A stretch of DNA of 64,000 bases from IMG/VR virus record IMGVR_UViG_3300022848_000777, positions 32,001 to 96,000 of that record; one strand, given 5' to 3'. This document shows positions 60,922 to 64,000 of the stretch, one piece after another. Below the pieces are notes generated by a model that was not told where the DNA came from, did no database searches, and worked only from the letters and a program-made list of their open reading frames with translations. The position numbers and the translations under genes were made by a program. Source of the DNA: a virus. The stretch's first letter is position 1. Each line of letters starts with the position of its first letter.

Positions 60922-62550
60922 ATGCATAAACAAGTTATATCAGGAGATTCAGCGAGAGCTAAGCTATTAGAGGGTGTTAATGATTTAGCAAATACCGTAG
61001 GTGGTACATTAGGGCCCAGAGGGCGAAATGTTATTATACAAAAGAAAAACGGAAGTCCGTATATCACCAAAGATGGTGTAACTGTAGCTAAAGAAATATC
61101 ATTCGAAGATGCAGCTAAGAACTTAGGTTCTGAGGCGATTAAGGAAGCTGCACAACAAACCGCAGATGCAGCGGGGGATGGAACTACAACCTCAACTGTT
61201 TTGGCTCAAGCAATATTCAAAAATGGTTTTGAACTGGTTGAAGCTGGTGCAAACCCAATTGAACTTAAACGTGGTATGGATATCGCAGTATCTCATATTG
61301 TTAGAGAATTGAAGTCGATGTCTAAGAAAATTGATTCAAATGATTTCTTACAATCAATCGCTACTATTTCAGCAAATAATGATTCTGCAATTGGAGAAAT
61401 GATCGCAGAAGCACTTAGTGAAGTTGGAAGGGATGGTATCATATCAGTACAAGAGGGTTCTTCTAATGAAACTGAGTTAGAAATCGTAGAGGGGCTTGAA
61501 TTTGATAGGGGATATCTTTCACACTTTTTTATGAATGATAAAGATAAGTTGGCTTGTATACTATCCAATGTTAAGGTATTGTTATTTGATGGATCTATAT
61601 CAAATATGGATGATGTTATACCATTATTAGAAACATGCCACGGTAAGGGTGATGCAATTGCAATAATTGCACATAATGTGGAAGGGCAGGCACTCGCTAC
61701 TATGGTAGTAAATGCAGCAAGGGCTGGATTGCAAGTTGTAGCCGTAAAAGCTCCTGGCTTCGGATCAGATAGAACTGAGATTCTAAAGGATATGGCGGCT
61801 CTCACAGGTGCTACTTTAATATCAAAGGAAATTGGTATAGGGATGGATGAGGTAACGTATGACCACTTAGGGCAATGTGATAGAATTGTATCACAAAAAA
61901 CTAAGACTGCTCTTATCGGTGGTAAAGGTACTGCCGATTCTATTAATGATAGAGTTGAATTTATTAAGAAACAAAAAGATAAATCAGATTCAGATTTCGA
62001 AAAAGGTAAGTTGGAGAGTAGATTATCTAAGTTAGTTGGTGGTGTTGCTATAATTAAAGTCGGTGCTCAATCTGAAATTGAAATGAAGGAGAAGAAAGAT
62101 AGAACTGATGATGCTGTTTTAGCAATCAAAGCTGCTATCGAAGAAGGAATTGTGCCAGGTGGTGGATCTGCCTTACTTCATTGTATGCAGTGTGCAGATG
62201 GGAGTTTATTAACACGAGATAAATTAAAGGGATATGATATCGTATTCGAAGCATGTAAGGCTCCATTTAAGAGAATAATGGAGAACGCTGGGTTAGACTC
62301 TTCCCAATTACTCAATGAATTTGATTTAATTAATCGAAGTCTTGATAGTACTAATTCAATGGGTTATGATGTTGTATCTGAAAAGTTTACCGATTTAGTG
62401 GTATTAGGTATAATCGATCCAACTAAAGTGACTCGTACTGCACTTGAGAAAGCAGTGTCGGTTGCAGGTACATTGCTAACTACCGAATCGATGGTAATAT
62501 TCGATAAAGAATCAGAAGAAAAAACAAATAACAATTCAATAGATCAATAA
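60922..62550 (+). CDS. groEL: GroEL-type chaperonin
   Basis: TLGPRGRNV, TKDGVTVAKEI, AGDGTTT, FDRGY, EEGIVPGGG, IIDPTKV. Confidence 0.97.
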   Translation: MHKQVISGDSARAKLLEGVNDLANTVGGTLGPRGRNVIIQKKNGSPYITKDGVTVAKEISFEDAAKNLGSEAIKEAAQQTADAAGDGTTTSTVLAQAIFKNGFELVEAGANPIELKRGMDIAVSHIVRELKSMSKKIDSNDFLQSIATISANNDSAIGEMIAEALSEVGRDGIISVQEGSSNETELEIVEGLEFDRGYLSHFFMNDKDKLACILSNVKVLLFDGSISNMDDVIPLLETCHGKGDAIAIIAHNVEGQALATMVVNAARAGLQVVAVKAPGFGSDRTEILKDMAALTGATLISKEIGIGMDEVTYDHLGQCDRIVSQKTKTALIGGKGTADSINDRVEFIKKQKDKSDSDFEKGKLESRLSKLVGGVAIIKVGAQSEIEMKEKKDRTDDAVLAIKAAIEEGIVPGGGSALLHCMQCADGSLLTRDKLKGYDIVFEACKAPFKRIMENAGLDSSQLLNEFDLINRSLDSTNSMGYDVVSEKFTDLVVLGIIDPTKVTRTALEKAVSVAGTLLTTESMVIFDKESEEKTNNNSIDQ

Positions 62551-62563
62551 TTAAACAAAACAC

Positions 62564-63157
62564 ATGAAAGCTTTAAAACAAATAGTATCTTACATTAATT
62601 GGCAACAATTCGCAATGTCTGACTCACACTATAAATTACCTAAAACACTATGTTCAACCTTTTGGTTAACATTGATTGGGGTAATTACAATACCACTAAC
62701 TTGGATAGGTAATTTTTGGAATCTCATACGATGTAGATTCAGAATCGGATACCAAGATAACGACAAAATTAATTTTGTGGCAGGGGCTGGTATTAATCTT
62801 GTATTAGTCGCGTTTGGAAAACTTTTAGATATTCTAGCATATCCCGCCTATAATATAATCACAGAGGTTGAGTTTTTGGCGAGCCCATTGTTAGGTTACT
62901 TTAAATTAATTGGAAGTGGTCTTTTATTTTGTATTCCATTTGGTATTACTATACTATTACTTTATCTTTTTATTGCAGGTATAATATCTATTGCAAGCTG
63001 GATATCTAATTTCTTTGAAGATAAGAATATCGGTTCCAAATCAGATAAAGATAGTAATCTAATTGCATCTACTTTAAAAGGAATGCATTCCATTAAGAAT
63101 AAATATTGTCCAATTATTGAATGGGATGATGTTATAAAGAGTGATAAATACAAATGA
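62564..63157 (+). CDS. Membrane protein
   Basis: Several hydrophobic helices; C-terminal KNKYCPIIEW. Confidence 0.65.
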   Translation: MKALKQIVSYINWQQFAMSDSHYKLPKTLCSTFWLTLIGVITIPLTWIGNFWNLIRCRFRIGYQDNDKINFVAGAGINLVLVAFGKLLDILAYPAYNIITEVEFLASPLLGYFKLIGSGLLFCIPFGITILLLYLFIAGIISIASWISNFFEDKNIGSKSDKDSNLIASTLKGMHSIKNKYCPIIEWDDVIKSDKYK

Positions 63158-64000
63158 ACAATTTAGATGAAACATATCAAATCCTATTAACTGACATCTT
63201 AGAACATGGTGTTACTAAAGAAGATAGGACTGGTACAGGAACTCTTAGTGTATTTGGAAGGCAAATCAGACATAAAATGTCTGATGGCTTTCCATTACTT
63301 ACTACTAAGAAAATGGCTTGGAAACAAATCGTAACTGAATTGCTATGGTTTTTAAGAGGTGATACAAATATTCAATCTTTACTGAAAGATGGTAATAATA
63401 TTTGGGTAGGTGATGCTTATAAGAAATACCAAGGAAATCAATTAAAAGGTAAGAATGTAGATAAAGTATTATCAAAAGAAGAATTCATTAACAAAATCAA
63501 AACAGATGATGAATTTGCAAAAATGTGGGGTGAATTGGGCCCTATCTATGGTAAGCAGTGGAGAGATTGGGGAAGTGGGATTGACCAAATTCAAAATCTA
63601 ATCAATGATCTAAACAACAATCCTGATAGTAGAAGAATGGTGGTTAATGCTTGGAACGTATCTGATATCGATAAAATGACATTACCACCATGTCACTATG
63701 GTTTTCAAGTTTATACAAGGGAATTAAGTACTCAAGAAAGATGGGATTATTATAGAAATGGAGCTCATGGTAGACCTATTAAAATGGTTAATTTCATTAT
63801 CAACAGAGATGAAAAAGATAATTCCCACATTCGTGTTTGGTTAGATAGATATGCTGACTTTGCCCCAACAAGAGCAATATCCTTAATGTGGAATCAACGG
63901 TCAGTTGATACATTCTTAGGTTTACCATTTAATATAGCATCTTATGGGTTGTTATTAGAGATTTTGGCTAAAATGGTGAATATGGTACCCGAAGAATTAA
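63154..64000 (+). CDS. thyA: Thymidylate synthase, 3'-truncated by window (not in track)
   Basis: DRTGTGT, FPLLTTKK, ELLWFL, LGPIYGKQWR, SRR, LPPCH, QRSVD.FLGLPFNIASY. Confidence 0.96.
   Translation, partial: MNNLDETYQILLTDILEHGVTKEDRTGTGTLSVFGRQIRHKMSDGFPLLTTKKMAWKQIVTELLWFLRGDTNIQSLLKDGNNIWVGDAYKKYQGNQLKGKNVDKVLSKEEFINKIKTDDEFAKMWGELGPIYGKQWRDWGSGIDQIQNLINDLNNNPDSRRMVVNAWNVSDIDKMTLPPCHYGFQVYTRELSTQERWDYYRNGAHGRPIKMVNFIINRDEKDNSHIRVWLDRYADFAPTRAISLMWNQRSVDTFLGLPFNIASYGLLLEILAKMVNMVPEEL

Overview
AT-rich, almost fully + strand, gene-dense segment of a large T4-like (myovirus-type) phage genome, most likely infecting Bacteroidota (TTTG/TAnnTT-type promoters, A-rich leaders without Shine-Dalgarno, Hc1-like and FISUMP-like proteins). 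Order: end of a baseplate/tail block (1-5239); a replication and nucleotide block (PolA-like, SSB, RecA/UvsX, 5'-3' exonuclease, DnaB/gp41 helicase, class II RNR, dUTPase, Mom-like acetyltransferase, PolB, clamp, clamp loader; 5.5-29.6 kb); a 13-kb glycosylation island with neuA/neuB (30.7-43.8 kb); putative head-packaged multi-module proteins including a CCA-adding enzyme; an early region of repeated promoter-hairpin cassettes with RtcB and Rnl2 RNA ligases; GroEL; and a truncated thyA. Two essential genes are fractured by free-standing endonuclease genes. The helicase is repaired by a canonical split intein. PolB is stranger: its halves carry only a non-catalytic half-intein-like clasp, and the catalytic YVDT-DS motif of the C-half is broken by a stop and 5 extra nt (GAC ACG TA ACT GAT) immediately after a 12-bp GC-rich hairpin. 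This is a candidate short programmed ribosomal bypass (or RNA-level repair) controlling the polymerase active site, though an assembly error cannot be excluded without reads. All family assignments are motif recognition by eye, not database results.
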